Below, one piece after another: positions 38,241 through 49,347 of a DNA stretch of 64,000 bases. The notes below the pieces were generated by a model. It saw only the letters and a list, made by a program, of their open reading frames with translations, searched no databases and was not told the origin of the DNA. Within the stretch, counting starts at the first letter, position 1. Each line of letters opens with the position of its first letter. The translations under genes were made by a program, and so were the position numbers. The stretch is from an uncultured delta proteobacterium (GTDB lineage Bacteria > Desulfobacterota > Desulfobacteria > Desulfobacterales > B30-G6): the NCBI GenBank assembly GCA_963823335.1, contig CAWGLD010000001.1:1-64000 (forward strand), written 5' to 3'.

Positions 38241-39473
38241 ATGGGATGGAGACCCAAAGTGCCGGACAATAAAACTGAGTCGACAAAACCGGAGTTGCCC
38301 CGGGACCAGCCAACATTTATCTTCAACCGGATGGAGTTCGCAGGATCAATGGGGGATCTGGGAACCCTGCTCCCTATTACCATCGCCATGATTGTCTTAA
38401 ACGGGCTGAACGTCACCAATGTCATGGTGACCGTGGGGCTGTTTTATGTCGTTGCCGGTCTCTACTTCAGGGTGCCGGTCCCGGTCCAGCCTATGAAGGT
38501 CATCGGCGCTTATGCCATTGCCGTCGGTCTTACACCGACGCAGATCATTGCCGCTAGTCTCTGGATGGGGATTTTAGTTCTTATTCTGGGTACCACCGGT
38601 CTGATTCATGTGATCGGTAAATACACCCCCAAAAGCACCGTTCGCGGCGTGCAGCTCGGTGTCGGCATCATCCTGATGAGCAAGGGGCTGAATTTTATCA
38701 TCCAACCGGATCCCAATCTGGCCATCCAGACCATCGGTGCCATCAACACGGGAATTATCCTGGGAATCGTCGGTATGATCGTGACATTTCTGTTGCTCGA
38801 CAATCGAAAATTTCCGGCGGCAGTCCTGGTTGTAGCGGGCGGTATTGCCGTCGGGCTCTTGATCGGCAAGCCGGTGAGATGGGAGGAAATGAAAATCGGG
38901 TTTCATCTGCCCCGTTTTTTCCCTTACGGTCTGCCATCCTGGAACGACATCCTCTGGGTGCTGCCGGTTCTGGTGCTGCCTCAGATCCCCATGACCATCG
39001 GCAATGCCATACTCTCCAACACCGATGTCATGCATGAATACTTCGGTGAAAAAGCTCGCCGGGCATCCTATCGTTCCATCGCCAATAGCCAGGGAATTGC
39101 AGGGATTTTCAGTTTTATACTGGGGGGTATCCCCATGTGCCATGGCGCGGGGGGAGTGGCCGCCATGTATCGATTCGGGGCACGCACCGCCGCCGCTAAT
39201 GTGATCATCGGTGCCATATTCGTGGCCCTGGCCGTCTTGTTCGGGCAGAACGCGCTCCCCATATTAAATTTACTCCCCATGTCTCTGCTGGGGGTTCTTC
39301 TGGTTTTTGCCGGGGCACAACTGGCCCTCATGGTCAATGACCTCACCGAACGCAAAGATCTTTTTGTGGCCCTGATCATGCTGGGCATCACCCTGACGGT
39401 GAATCTTGCCGTGGCATTTCTATGCGGTATTGTCATCGCTTATGCGCTGAAGAGTGACAGGGTGAGTGTCTGA
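38241..39473 (+). CDS. MOT1-family molybdate/sulfate transporter (start may be GTG at 38259)
   Basis: EFAGSMGDLGTLLP, PVPVQPMK, PQIPMTIGNA, PMCHGAGG..A.YRFGART. Confidence 0.85.
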   Translation: MGWRPKVPDNKTESTKPELPRDQPTFIFNRMEFAGSMGDLGTLLPITIAMIVLNGLNVTNVMVTVGLFYVVAGLYFRVPVPVQPMKVIGAYAIAVGLTPTQIIAASLWMGILVLILGTTGLIHVIGKYTPKSTVRGVQLGVGIILMSKGLNFIIQPDPNLAIQTIGAINTGIILGIVGMIVTFLLLDNRKFPAAVLVVAGGIAVGLLIGKPVRWEEMKIGFHLPRFFPYGLPSWNDILWVLPVLVLPQIPMTIGNAILSNTDVMHEYFGEKARRASYRSIANSQGIAGIFSFILGGIPMCHGAGGVAAMYRFGARTAAANVIIGAIFVALAVLFGQNALPILNLLPMSLLGVLLVFAGAQLALMVNDLTERKDLFVALIMLGITLTVNLAVAFLCGIVIAYALKSDRVSV

Positions 39474-39549
39474 AGATGAACGTCCACATCCATTGTTGTA
39501 AATCGACATTTTTAAAAACATGGCCACAAGACCTTTATCAACGTCCGAT

Positions 39550-39630
39550 AAATCCCTGGAAAACAAACGCTTGAATCCGTGAATCCTGGACCCCTTGAAC
39601 CCTTTCTCCCAATTAATTGGGAGAAGATCC
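39550..39630 (+). mobile_element. 3' fragment and right end of the four-helix-bundle cassette
   Basis: aaatccctggaaaacaaacgcttgaatcc...ttctcccaattaattgggagaagatcc. Confidence 0.7.
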
Positions 39631-39644
39631 AATAAGTTGAAAGG

Positions 39645-41084
39645 TTACTCGCGGTGGTCCTCATCAACGGACGTTTTAAGTTTGAGACCATATTTTTCAA
39701 TTTTGGCGTGTAAGGTGGGGCGGGAAAGCCCGAGCAGTTTGGCCGCCCGGGTGCGGTTTCCATCGGTTAGATTCAAGGCTTCACTGACCAGGGTACCGGA
39801 AATATGATCCATGATGCTTTCATAGGTGTGCTCTTCAGCTTCCTCGGTCATTGATCTGCGCATCCAGAGGCGAATGACCTCTTCGGCCGCTTTGGGATCG
39901 GCATCCCTGATTACTTTTTTATCGTCAAGAGCCTGCAGAACGTCCTCGGATTGGATTGGAGCACCCCGGCTGAAAATCAAGGCTTTTTGAATGGTATTGG
40001 CCAGTTCGCGAACATTGCCCGGCCATAAATGGTTGTTTAAAGGAGCAACAGCACCTCGCTCAATTCCGGGATTGTCCATACCCAACTCGATGGCGTATCG
40101 AGACATAAAATAGTCTGTCAAAAGCGGGATGTCGTCCCGGCGTTCGCGCAGGGGCGGAAGCGAAATCGTTACCACTTTTAGCCGGTAGTACAGATCCTCA
40201 CGAAACCGCCCATTCGCCAGGGCTACCTCCAGATCACGATTGGTAGCCGCAAGAATGCGGACATCCACCGGTATGGTCTGACGCCCCCCCAATCGTTCAA
40301 TACTTCGTTCCTGCAGCAGGCGCAATATTTTGGCCTGAATGCTAAAGGGCATATCACCGATCTCGTCCAGAAACACGGTGCCGCCGTTGGCTTGTTCGAT
40401 TTTTCCCACCCGGCGGTGAACTGCCCCGGTAAAAGCCCCTTTTTCATAACCAAACAGTTCACTTTCCAGGAGGTTCTCCGGGATGGCAACACAGTTGATC
40501 ACCAGAAAGGGTTTCTCCGCTCTCAGGCTGTGCTGGTATATGGCCCGAGCCACCAGTTCCTTGCCGGTCCCGGACTCTCCCCGGATCAGCACCGTTGCGT
40601 CGGCAGTGGAGACACGTCCGATGGCCTTGTATACATCCTGCATGGATTTGCTGCGCCCGACAATGGCTTCTTTGCTTGCTTCGTCCGGTGAAACATCCAT
40701 TTGCACCGGTGTGCGCATAAAACGCCCGGCTTCCAGTGCCTGGTGAATAACCGTCAGCATGGCGGGGATTTCAAAGGGTTTCAGAATGTAATCAAAGGCG
40801 CCTATTTTGGTGGCTTGAATGGCGGTTTCGGTGGTTCCGTAAGCGGTCATGATAATAACCGGAAGCTTGGGCTCTAAGGCGTGAATAGCTTCAAAGGTTT
40901 CCAGGCCGTTCATCCCAGGTAGCCGGACGTCGACGATCACCAGGTCCGGTGACTGGTTTTGAACGATTTCAATACCTGCTTCCCCCGAAGCGGCGCCTTC
41001 AGCCGTGTAGCCTTCCTCGGATAAAAGTTTGTGAAAACTTTTACGAAGCTGGTCGTCGTCGTCAATAATCAGAATCGTGCTCAT
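39645..41084 (-). CDS. Sigma-54-dependent response regulator (NtrC family)
   Basis: Receiver, GESGTGKE, GAFTGA, FLDEIGD, WPGNVREL, Fis-type HTH. Confidence 0.95.
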   Translation of the reverse strand: MSTILIIDDDDQLRKSFHKLLSEEGYTAEGAASGEAGIEIVQNQSPDLVIVDVRLPGMNGLETFEAIHALEPKLPVIIMTAYGTTETAIQATKIGAFDYILKPFEIPAMLTVIHQALEAGRFMRTPVQMDVSPDEASKEAIVGRSKSMQDVYKAIGRVSTADATVLIRGESGTGKELVARAIYQHSLRAEKPFLVINCVAIPENLLESELFGYEKGAFTGAVHRRVGKIEQANGGTVFLDEIGDMPFSIQAKILRLLQERSIERLGGRQTIPVDVRILAATNRDLEVALANGRFREDLYYRLKVVTISLPPLRERRDDIPLLTDYFMSRYAIELGMDNPGIERGAVAPLNNHLWPGNVRELANTIQKALIFSRGAPIQSEDVLQALDDKKVIRDADPKAAEEVIRLWMRRSMTEEAEEHTYESIMDHISGTLVSEALNLTDGNRTRAAKLLGLSRPTLHAKIEKYGLKLKTSVDEDHRE

Positions 41085-42558
41085 CGTTTGACTCCTGACG
41101 CGGCAAAAAGATGACAAATGTCGCGCCCCTGCTCTGGTTTGATTCGATTTCCAACCATCCGTTATGCTCCTCGATAATGCGAACGGCAATACTCAATCCC
41201 AGTCCGGTACCTTCTTCTTTGGTGGTGAAAAAAGGTTGCAGCACTTTGCCCCTGATCGGTTCGGGAATCCCCGGACCGTCGTCACTTATCCGGATGAGCA
41301 CACCCCTCTCTTTTGACCGTGCCACCGATTCCTGCTCCTGAATGACAATGGAACCACCCCTTTCCATGGCCTCGCATGCATTCACCACAAGATTGACAAT
41401 GACTTCTTTGATCTGCTCGGGATCGGCCTCGATTTCAGGCAGATATTGCTCACGCCTGATGGCTACCTCGACATTATAGGACTTTAGACGATGTTTTAAT
41501 AGCGTGATGGCTTGATCGACAACCATTGAAGGACTGACGGGCTGGATCTTGAGTTTCGGAGGTCTGGAAAATTCGAGAAAATTCTGAACGATGGTATCCA
41601 CATGACGAATTTCTTCCGATATGACATCAAAATCTTCTTTCTGGGTATCTGTGAGCTTCAGTGATCGGCTCAAACTGAAAAGACGCATTTTCACCGACGT
41701 AAACGGGTTGCGAATACTGTGGGCCATCCCGGCGGCAAGTTTGCCGACCAAAGCCATTCTATCCGCCTGCAACAGGGATTCACGGCTTTTTTGAAGCTCG
41801 GACTGGGTCTGGTCCACATTCTGAATCAGGCCTCGCACGCCATGACTGAGCACTTTGACCTCATCACCCACCAAGGCTTTATCCTCCTCGCTGCCGACTT
41901 CAACCGTCAAGCGGCGAAGCGGTCTGAGAATCTGGGATCTCAAAACAAATGCCAGCAAAACGGCCAGAAGGAAACCAATGCACACGGTGGTTATGGCAAC
42001 AATCCTGAGGTTGGCGGCCTGGATCTGGTTGTTCGCTTTTACCTGCTGAATTCTTTCTTCATGGATCTCTTTGTATTTATGGCATAAATCCAATAGGGTG
42101 AAAAAAAGATCGCGGACCTGCCGGTGAAGGGCAACGCCGGTATCACGATTACCCGCCTGATAGTAGGAGATGACGCGATCTTTGAGGTTGATGTACTGAG
42201 CATATTCGGATTTGATCCGATAAAGCGCTTCTTTTTCATGCTCGTTTTCAGCCATATGTATCGCATCTGTCAGCCGCTCTTTGAAAATCTGCCGAAATTC
42301 ACCCAGTTTTCTCAGCCATTCGGGGTCACCTTCCATAAAGTAATAGGAAACAAACCCTTTCTGGTTGACCAGCGCAATTTCAAGGGCTTCCGCTGCTTGA
42401 AACGCCACGATGTTTTTTTCCGTAACACCCACCAGCAGAGTATCCATTTGATAGGTGTACCAGACGGTAACGATACCTCCGGCCATGGTGATAAAAACCA
42501 GCGCAGCCAGAATGACGTAAATACGGATACGCAGGCTCATTTTCCGCCATATTTTCAC
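41062..42558 (-). CDS. Sensor histidine kinase with helical periplasmic domain
   Basis: 2 TM helices, AHSIRNPF, DDGPG, GTGLGL. Confidence 0.9.
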   Translation of the reverse strand: MKIWRKMSLRIRIYVILAALVFITMAGGIVTVWYTYQMDTLLVGVTEKNIVAFQAAEALEIALVNQKGFVSYYFMEGDPEWLRKLGEFRQIFKERLTDAIHMAENEHEKEALYRIKSEYAQYINLKDRVISYYQAGNRDTGVALHRQVRDLFFTLLDLCHKYKEIHEERIQQVKANNQIQAANLRIVAITTVCIGFLLAVLLAFVLRSQILRPLRRLTVEVGSEEDKALVGDEVKVLSHGVRGLIQNVDQTQSELQKSRESLLQADRMALVGKLAAGMAHSIRNPFTSVKMRLFSLSRSLKLTDTQKEDFDVISEEIRHVDTIVQNFLEFSRPPKLKIQPVSPSMVVDQAITLLKHRLKSYNVEVAIRREQYLPEIEADPEQIKEVIVNLVVNACEAMERGGSIVIQEQESVARSKERGVLIRISDDGPGIPEPIRGKVLQPFFTTKEEGTGLGLSIAVRIIEEHNGWLEIESNQSRGATFVIFLPRQESNDEHDSDY

Positions 42559-42672
42559 AACTCAGCAACCCCCTGCCTTTTGAACCGAAAAAGCGAGCGC
42601 ATTCCCCGTAGGTTCTGCCGTACGGCAGAACATTCCTCGTAGCTTGCTGCGAGGTTCTTCAATTGCGACTTT

Positions 42673-42775
42673 TATACCGCTTGTCATAATAATGTTCCGA
42701 AAACAGGATGGCGGCATAAGGGGTTGTAGCAGAAAAAAGGTCCTCAATCGGAACGTTTTTCTGACAACCCCTATA
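42673..42775 (+). mobile_element. 103-bp MITE, copy B (next to an 83-bp REP-like element)
   Basis: Near-identical to 29808-29910. Confidence 0.8.
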
Positions 42776-42797
42776 TCTAAACCACCCCGGTGGGCAC

Positions 42798-43238
42798 CTA
42801 TAGGTCGCCGCTTCTTCGTAAAAGAAGTTTTAGCTCGGCTTTTCGAATTCGCTCGGCCTGCTCATCTTTTCTTTTAAGAGCCGCTTCCAGCTTGGCGGTC
42901 AGTTCCCCAAAACGGGCCGGTTTTAAAAGATAATCAAAGGCCCCCAGTTTCAAGCCTTTCACCGCGCTCTCGGTGCTCCCATGACCGGTCAGCATGATGA
43001 CTTCAACCAGAGGGAACCTGTTTTTTATTTCCCTGAGGGTTTCGATGCCATCCATGCCCGGCATTAAAATATCCAGTATTACCACGTCAATTTCTTTTGA
43101 TTCTAAAATATCAAGACATTCCTGGCCGCTATGGGCCGGGGTAACGTTTTCGCCCGCCTCTTCCAGTCTGAGGCTAAGTATTTCTACAAAATCGTGTTCA
43201 TCATCAACCAGCAAAATTCGGATCGGTATTTTAATCAT
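42798..43238 (-). CDS. Stand-alone receiver protein
   Basis: ILLVDDE, LDILMPGMDG, KP. Confidence 0.9.
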   Translation of the reverse strand: MIKIPIRILLVDDEHDFVEILSLRLEEAGENVTPAHSGQECLDILESKEIDVVILDILMPGMDGIETLREIKNRFPLVEVIMLTGHGSTESAVKGLKLGAFDYLLKPARFGELTAKLEAALKRKDEQAERIRKAELKLLLRRSGDL

Positions 43239-43257
43239 GATGATTTTTTTCTCCTAT

Positions 43258-44479
43258 CTACTCTGCAAAGCGAGACTTAATTTTTTCAACCCATTTTTGA
43301 CCGAAACGTTCGTCAACATCATCGTTATTTTTTTGATGCTTCGGTAGCCGGATAGAAAAGCTGGTTCCCAATCCAAGCTTACTTTCTACGTCAATGGTAC
43401 CACCCAGTTTCTCAATGATTCCCCTGGTGACAAAAAGGCCCAGCCCGGTCCCTGCCCCGGGGGATTTCGTGCTGAAAAACGGTTCGAATATTTTTTCCAG
43501 ATTCTCCCGGGGGATGCCTTGACCGGTATCGCTGATGGTGATCGTCTGGCTGGCACCGGCATTTTTGATGGCAATGGTAATGGTGCCTGCGGCATTTATG
43601 GCATGAACGGCGTTTGTCAGCAGGTTTAAAAATACCTGTCTCAACTGGTAAGGATCGCTTTGGATCGAGCCCAGTGATGGTTCCATCCGGCGGATGATTT
43701 CAATGTCCTCTGTTTTTGATCTCATGGCTGATGAGCCGAATGGCTTCTTCAGCTAATTCAGTCAAGTCCACTTCCGAGACGCTCGATTCCGATCTTCCCA
43801 CAACCCCCAAAAGCTGATGGGTGATCCGGCTCGCCCTCTCGACACTTTTTTCCACCTTATCCAAGGCCTTGGCAAAATCATCACGGCGGGGCATGTCTTT
43901 CAGTTCATCTCTGGCGAACAATTGCTGCATCCATCCTGCCGACTCTCTGATAATGGCCAGGGGGTTGTTTATCTCGTGCGCCACACCGGCAGCCAGGGTC
44001 CCCAGGGATGCCAGTCGTTCGGTGGCGATCATCTGCTGCTCCATTTGCTTTCGGTACTCAGCTTCCTGTTGCTCGGCCGTTATTCTTTGAATCTTATCGT
44101 AAGCCTGAATTATCTTGTTATAAAGATGTTCCAGCTCGATGGGTTTCATCAAGTAGTCAAAGGCACCCGATTTAATCCCTTCGATGCCATCGAAAGTGGT
44201 GGCATGGCCTGTCAGCAATATGACCTCGGTCTTGGGATAGGTGGTATTGATATTTTGCAGGACCTCGATACCACTCATGCCCGGCATCTTGACATCCAGA
44301 ACCACCACATCCATCGCTTTTTTCTCGAGAATCGACAGACATTCATTCCCGTTGGCCGCCTGATCGCAGTCCAGGCCTCTTTTGGCCAGGCGTTTGGCCA
44401 TGGTTTGACGGAAGTTCTCTTCATCGTCCACCAGAAGAAGACGGATGGGTTTTAATTGATGGGTATCGCCTGTTTTCAT
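43258..44479 (-). CDS. Hybrid receiver-histidine kinase (frameshift near 43705)
   Basis: Receiver + AHEINNPL in 43700-44500; HATPase in 43258-43725. Confidence 0.85.
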
Positions 44480-46056
44480 ACGAGTCCCAAAATCTTCCAC
44501 CAGACCCCCGCCACAAGAACCAAAACACCCAACAACACGGGGGTAGCAACAAGGCCTGCCTTTGTCAGATCGGAGGCCTTGAAATACCGGTAGCTATACG
44601 CGATGGCATTGGGAGGACAGCCAATTACCAGCAGCATGGCAAAAGAGGTGGACATACCCAGGCACAGGGCCATCACCGTGGGATTCACCCCTTCAAGCTG
44701 GGCCATGGGTATCACGATGGGCAATATCAGGGCTGCGGCGGCCACATTGGCCATGGCATTGGTTACCAGGGCGCCGAAAACGGCTACCCCGATAAAGAGC
44801 ACCAGCCATCCGCCGCCTTGAACGAGGGGGAAAAAAAGATGGGCAAAATAAGCGGCCGCACCTGAACCACCCATGGCCAGCCCCAGTGAAATACCGCCGC
44901 CAAAAATAAACAGTGCCGTGCCCCACTCCAGATTCTTGTGAATGTCTTCCCATTCCAGAACGCCGGCCAGAACCAACGCAGTGACACCCAGCATGCCGGT
45001 CACGGAATAATCTATACCATGAAGTCCCTTGGTCAACCACAGAATGAATGCTAAGCCGATGATGATCAGTGTTCTCTTTTCAATGGAGCTCCATGGAGCC
45101 AGTTTTTCGTCGAATGTCGGCATCTTGTATTTATCGTTCGGTCGAAAAACCAGCCAGACCACGCCAACGGCCACCGGTACGGTAAGAATGGCAGCCGGCA
45201 TGGCATACTTGATCCAGTCGAAGAAGGTAATTTCTATACCGGTGAATTCCAGCAGAAATGCGGCAGCCACCATGTTGCGACCGCCACCCACCAGGGTGCC
45301 CATGCCGCCGGCGGAACAGGCAAACGGCAGGGAGAGCATCATGAATTTTGCCGTATTGGAATGGGGTTCTATTTTGGCCGCCCGCATCAAGGGCAGCATG
45401 GTCACGATGCCCACGGCACAGGCAGCAGCATCATGCATGAAAGAAGATGCCAGCCCCAGACTGATGGCGATGATAAAAGTGAATTTGGTAACGCTGTTTC
45501 CGGCTTTTTGAATGATAAAATGCCCTAAACGTCTGGTCAGTCCTGCCTTGTCCAGGGAAATGGCAAAAATCAGACAGCACATGATAAAGACCACCACCGG
45601 ATGCATATAAGGTGCCCAGGCATCTTTGACATCCGCGATACCCATGACGACGATCAAGACCCCGATACAGATGGCCGTGATCTCGAGGGGAATGGGCTCG
45701 GCCACAAAAAGAAAAATCAGCATGGCCAGGATGGCCAGAAATCGTTTAGCTTTAGGCGAAAGACCGTCTACATAATCGACCCGAAGGTCCTTCATTTTCA
45801 GGTTTTCAGCCGTTTCCCGCAGATATCTACCCGGAGTTTTAAAATCCTTCGGGTTTTTGACTTCAACCATATATTCTTGAGTTGATTTGCCTGCCTTATC
45901 GATAAGCTTAAAATTATCTTGGATATGCTGAAAAAAGTCGTGGTTGTTATCTCCGGTTATGGTGAATCTGGTTCCCTCCGGCCTGGGCAGCAACAGAACC
46001 ACGATGCAAAGAACAATCGCCACGCCAAGCTGAAACCACTTTGATTTTAGTAACAT
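44476..46056 (-). CDS. SLC13/DASS anion symporter, second copy
   Basis: AEPIPL, MHDAA, VGGGRN, LEWGT, IGCPPNAIAY. Confidence 0.85.
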   Translation of the reverse strand: MLLKSKWFQLGVAIVLCIVVLLLPRPEGTRFTITGDNNHDFFQHIQDNFKLIDKAGKSTQEYMVEVKNPKDFKTPGRYLRETAENLKMKDLRVDYVDGLSPKAKRFLAILAMLIFLFVAEPIPLEITAICIGVLIVVMGIADVKDAWAPYMHPVVVFIMCCLIFAISLDKAGLTRRLGHFIIQKAGNSVTKFTFIIAISLGLASSFMHDAAACAVGIVTMLPLMRAAKIEPHSNTAKFMMLSLPFACSAGGMGTLVGGGRNMVAAAFLLEFTGIEITFFDWIKYAMPAAILTVPVAVGVVWLVFRPNDKYKMPTFDEKLAPWSSIEKRTLIIIGLAFILWLTKGLHGIDYSVTGMLGVTALVLAGVLEWEDIHKNLEWGTALFIFGGGISLGLAMGGSGAAAYFAHLFFPLVQGGGWLVLFIGVAVFGALVTNAMANVAAAALILPIVIPMAQLEGVNPTVMALCLGMSTSFAMLLVIGCPPNAIAYSYRYFKASDLTKAGLVATPVLLGVLVLVAGVWWKILGLV

Positions 46057-46136
46057 TTCTTCCCCTTTCCTCCTGATGACAAGCTCCGTCTCCGGATCTG
46101 AATATACCGAAAGTCAAATCGAACATGCTGCATTCG

Positions 46137-46544
46137 CTATAGATTCTGCTTGCGATAGGCATGCGCCTCCATGATTTTTTCAATCAAGTCTTCCAATTCA
46201 CACGGTTTGGTAAGGTAGTCAAAAGCCCCCAGCTTGATCCCCTGTTCGGCAGCTTCCGCAGATCCATGCCCTGTCAGCATGATAACGACCAGCCGGGGGG
46301 CCATGATTTTAAGCGTTTTAAGCACTTCGATACCACTCATGTCTTCCATCTTCAAATCCAGGAGAGCCACATCAAACGTCTGGCCACGAAGCACCCGAAT
46401 AGCCTCGGTGCCGCTGTACGCCTTGACGACATCCATGTTCCTACGCTGGAGTCTCTTGGACACAATATTTACAAAATCCTTTTCATCGTCGATCAGAAGA
46501 AGACGAACGGGATCGGAATTTATATTTTTATTTGAACGGGTCAT
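46137..46544 (-). CDS. Stand-alone receiver protein
   Basis: LLIDDE, LDLKM, LTGHG, KP. Confidence 0.9.
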   Translation of the reverse strand: MTRSNKNINSDPVRLLLIDDEKDFVNIVSKRLQRRNMDVVKAYSGTEAIRVLRGQTFDVALLDLKMEDMSGIEVLKTLKIMAPRLVVIMLTGHGSAEAAEQGIKLGAFDYLTKPCELEDLIEKIMEAHAYRKQNL

Positions 46545-48256
46545 TGTTGTCTATCGGATTCCTTTTGAAACGGAAGGGAGATTGAAAAGGTCGTACCCGT
46601 TCCCACCGTACTGTCTACTTCGAGTTTCCCACCCATTTTTTCAATAATCCCATAACAGATCGAAAGCCCCAGACCGGTTCCCTTGCCCACCGGTTTGGTT
46701 GTGAAAAAGGGATCAAATATCCGGTCCAGGTTGGCTTCTGGGATTCCCTTTCCCGTATCGGAAACTTCAATGACAAGGGCGTGTCCTCGCTGGTGCGATG
46801 ATATCGTCAGCGTACCACCATCGGGATCCATGGCATCGATGGCGTTGTTGATCAGGTTAAAAAAGACTTGCTGCAGCTCGGATATGGAGGCCTTTAAAGA
46901 AGAGAGGTCTTCCTGAAAATTGGTCTGGATTTCCACCATGCCGTATTTGGCCCGCTGGGAAGAAAGAGCCACCAGTTCCTCGAGCAGCGCGTTTATATTC
47001 ACCTCCTGAATTGTCGTGTCGGTTTTGCGGGCAAAGCTGAGTAATTTATGGGTAATTTCCTTACATCGTTTCCCCTGGGTTTTAATCTGGGCGATGGCCC
47101 GTTCGAATTCAACTCGGTTCTCACTTTTTTCGAACGTTTCTTCTTCCATAAGATCGCCCATCCAGCCGGCTTCCTCCACCATAATGGCGACGGGATTGTT
47201 GATTTCGTGGGCAATGCCTGCAGCCAGTTCGCCTACCGAGGCAAGTTTACCTGTCTCAACGATTTTTTTACTCATCATCTGTTTTTCTGCATCTGCTTTG
47301 GCAACCCGTTCGACGATGGTTTTGGACAGGGTAAAGGCCATGATGACAATACCGATCAAGCCGATGAACATCAGGGCAGTCGTTATCATGAATGTTTTGT
47401 TCAGGTCGGCAAATGCATCTGCAGTGCGTTGCTGGTATACCAGCAACCAGTCTCCGTTTTTAATTGAAGCCGCAATGTAGATGTTTTTATGACGGGAGGC
47501 GTCTGTTTTGGTGGCGATGCGGATTTTTCCGGGGGATATTTGTTGATTTGCCAGAAATTCTTCATAAATGGTTTTGCTGTCAATCATATCCTTGGAAGGA
47601 TTTGTCTCCGGGGTTGTCTGCAACTTTCCGGCATTGTTTAAAATAAACGCAAACCCGGTTTGACCGAGGCGAATATTTTCAACCATGGTTGTAAATGCGA
47701 CAAAATCGATGGTCGCCCGTAAAATCAAAGAGCCATCATCGCGACTGTTGCTTACGGCAATGATAAAATGAGGCAACCCCCTGAGCCCTAAAAAAACATC
47801 GCTGATAAAATACTCGCTCTGGATCGCTTTTTGAAACCATTCTGCATCCGAGTAATCGGCCTTGGCCAATTTAAACGGTCCGGCATAGGCAACTTGTTCA
47901 CCATGGGAATTAACGACACCTAAATCAACGAAATCATATTCAAAGTCTTTCTGGAGGTCTGTCAGGCGCTCTTGAAGGAACAATTCATCCTGCAGGTTGC
48001 TCTGACTGCAGCTATCACTCAAAAATCGAATATCGCTCAGTTTTTCCTGTAAGAAATTGTCGATTTTCTGTGAATGGCTGAGAACCAGTTCACGAAGATG
48101 GTCGTAGACCTTTTCATGATAGGAGGCACGAAATTGGCGATAGATCGTGCTGCTCACAAGGATCAGGGGAATAACGGAAACGATAATGATGATCAGGATG
48201 ATGTTACGGTTTAAAGACCGCAAATACTGATCGGTCGATTGCGTAGATTTCGTCAT
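46541..48256 (-). CDS. Sensor histidine kinase, paralogue of 35717-37402
   Basis: Shared ISDVFLG.R..PHF and RATID motifs; AHEINNP; GTGLGL. Confidence 0.9.
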   Translation of the reverse strand: MTKSTQSTDQYLRSLNRNIILIIIIVSVIPLILVSSTIYRQFRASYHEKVYDHLRELVLSHSQKIDNFLQEKLSDIRFLSDSCSQSNLQDELFLQERLTDLQKDFEYDFVDLGVVNSHGEQVAYAGPFKLAKADYSDAEWFQKAIQSEYFISDVFLGLRGLPHFIIAVSNSRDDGSLILRATIDFVAFTTMVENIRLGQTGFAFILNNAGKLQTTPETNPSKDMIDSKTIYEEFLANQQISPGKIRIATKTDASRHKNIYIAASIKNGDWLLVYQQRTADAFADLNKTFMITTALMFIGLIGIVIMAFTLSKTIVERVAKADAEKQMMSKKIVETGKLASVGELAAGIAHEINNPVAIMVEEAGWMGDLMEEETFEKSENRVEFERAIAQIKTQGKRCKEITHKLLSFARKTDTTIQEVNINALLEELVALSSQRAKYGMVEIQTNFQEDLSSLKASISELQQVFFNLINNAIDAMDPDGGTLTISSHQRGHALVIEVSDTGKGIPEANLDRIFDPFFTTKPVGKGTGLGLSICYGIIEKMGGKLEVDSTVGTGTTFSISLPFQKESDRQQ

Positions 48257-48275
48257 AGTCTTATTATCGCTTTTG

Positions 48276-48722
48276 CTAATATCCGCGTTTTGCTATAATT
48301 TCTTTAATATGGGCTTCCTGGATTTTTTTTTCGTGACCCCGTTTTTTCTGCGCAGCCTCATTGACTTTGCCCATCAATTGTTCCATGTCACAGGGTTTCA
48401 TCAAGTAGTCAAAAGCGCCAAACCTCATCCCTTCAATGGCTGATTCTACCGTAGCATGGGCAGTGAGCATGACAACTTCGATTATCGGGTAAGCGGCCTT
48501 CATTTTCTTGAGGGTTTCGATCCCATCCATACCGGGCATCTTGACATCCAGGATCACCACATCCACATTGGGATGTTTATCCAGGGTTTGCAATGCCTCA
48601 GGGCCGCTAAAGGCTGCAATCACGTCCAAATTCCTTTTCTCCAGACGTTTGGTCATGGTTTCTACAAAAGGGGTTTCATCGTCGACCAACATGACTAAAG
48701 GGGTAACTAAAGGGGAATTCAT
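48276..48722 (-). CDS. Stand-alone receiver protein
   Basis: MLVDDE, LDVKMPGMDG, KP. Confidence 0.9.
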   Translation of the reverse strand: MNSPLVTPLVMLVDDETPFVETMTKRLEKRNLDVIAAFSGPEALQTLDKHPNVDVVILDVKMPGMDGIETLKKMKAAYPIIEVVMLTAHATVESAIEGMRFGAFDYLMKPCDMEQLMGKVNEAAQKKRGHEKKIQEAHIKEIIAKRGY

Positions 48723-48923
48723 TTTATGTCTCCTTTTGGTTTAAACCTTAATTGTCGAGTTAAATACCGGGACTCTTTTTCTCTGTCAGATCTAAACCAA
48801 TCCGGGTCAAAGGTCAAGAATTGAACGCCCCCTTGTGCCGGTGGATAGTCTTATTGTAACCTATTTCCCGGATATGATATCATAGCAAATTTCCAATGTA
48901 AGTTCCGGATCAGTTTTTGTGGG

Positions 48924-48939
48924 AGCAAAGCCTGTGCCA
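48924..48939 (-). promoter_or_regulatory. Sigma-54 promoter
   Basis: TGGCAC-AGGCT-TTGCT. Confidence 0.8.
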
Positions 48940-49125
48940 AAAAAGGAAGGATTACTAACATGCTATTTTTTATTAGAAAACTATGATAAGGATAATCGCT
49001 TCCTTAAGAAAAGGGAAGGTGCTTGGGCTTGCGGGTGTCAGGTTTTTTTACAGTTTGTTAAAAAATCAAGCTGTGCTATGCATATAATGTGCTTGAGGCG
49101 TAAATTAAAAAAAGGAGCATAGGAT

Positions 49126-49284
49126 ATGAATCCATTTTTCATAACGGCACTTTTTCGCATGCTTAGTCTGAAACGCACATGCCCGGAGTGCAAAAGAGGC
49201 CAGACCGTTTCTTCAGACAAAAAAGGAGAACCGGTGAAGTGCAAATTCTGCGGAGCGACCATCCCGCCACGAGCAACCCGTTGA
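49126..49284 (+). CDS. 52-aa zinc-ribbon-like protein (not in the ORF track)
   Basis: AGGAG RBS; MNPFFITALFRMLSLKRTCPECKRGQTVSSDKKGEPVKCKFCGATIPPRATR*. Confidence 0.7.
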   Translation: MNPFFITALFRMLSLKRTCPECKRGQTVSSDKKGEPVKCKFCGATIPPRATR

Positions 49285-49347
49285 ACTTGCCTGGTTAATG
49301 GGCGACAATGACCTATGTTAAATGCAATTAAACTGCCATAACTATCT

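Noticed and set aside
454-44479. Frameshifts in the LamG, FN3, acuB, receiver and hybrid-kinase genes as programmed frameshifting or true pseudogenes
   Set aside because: Scattered single-base indels in otherwise intact genes with no shared slippery site; sequencing error is more parsimonious, but reads are needed to confirm.
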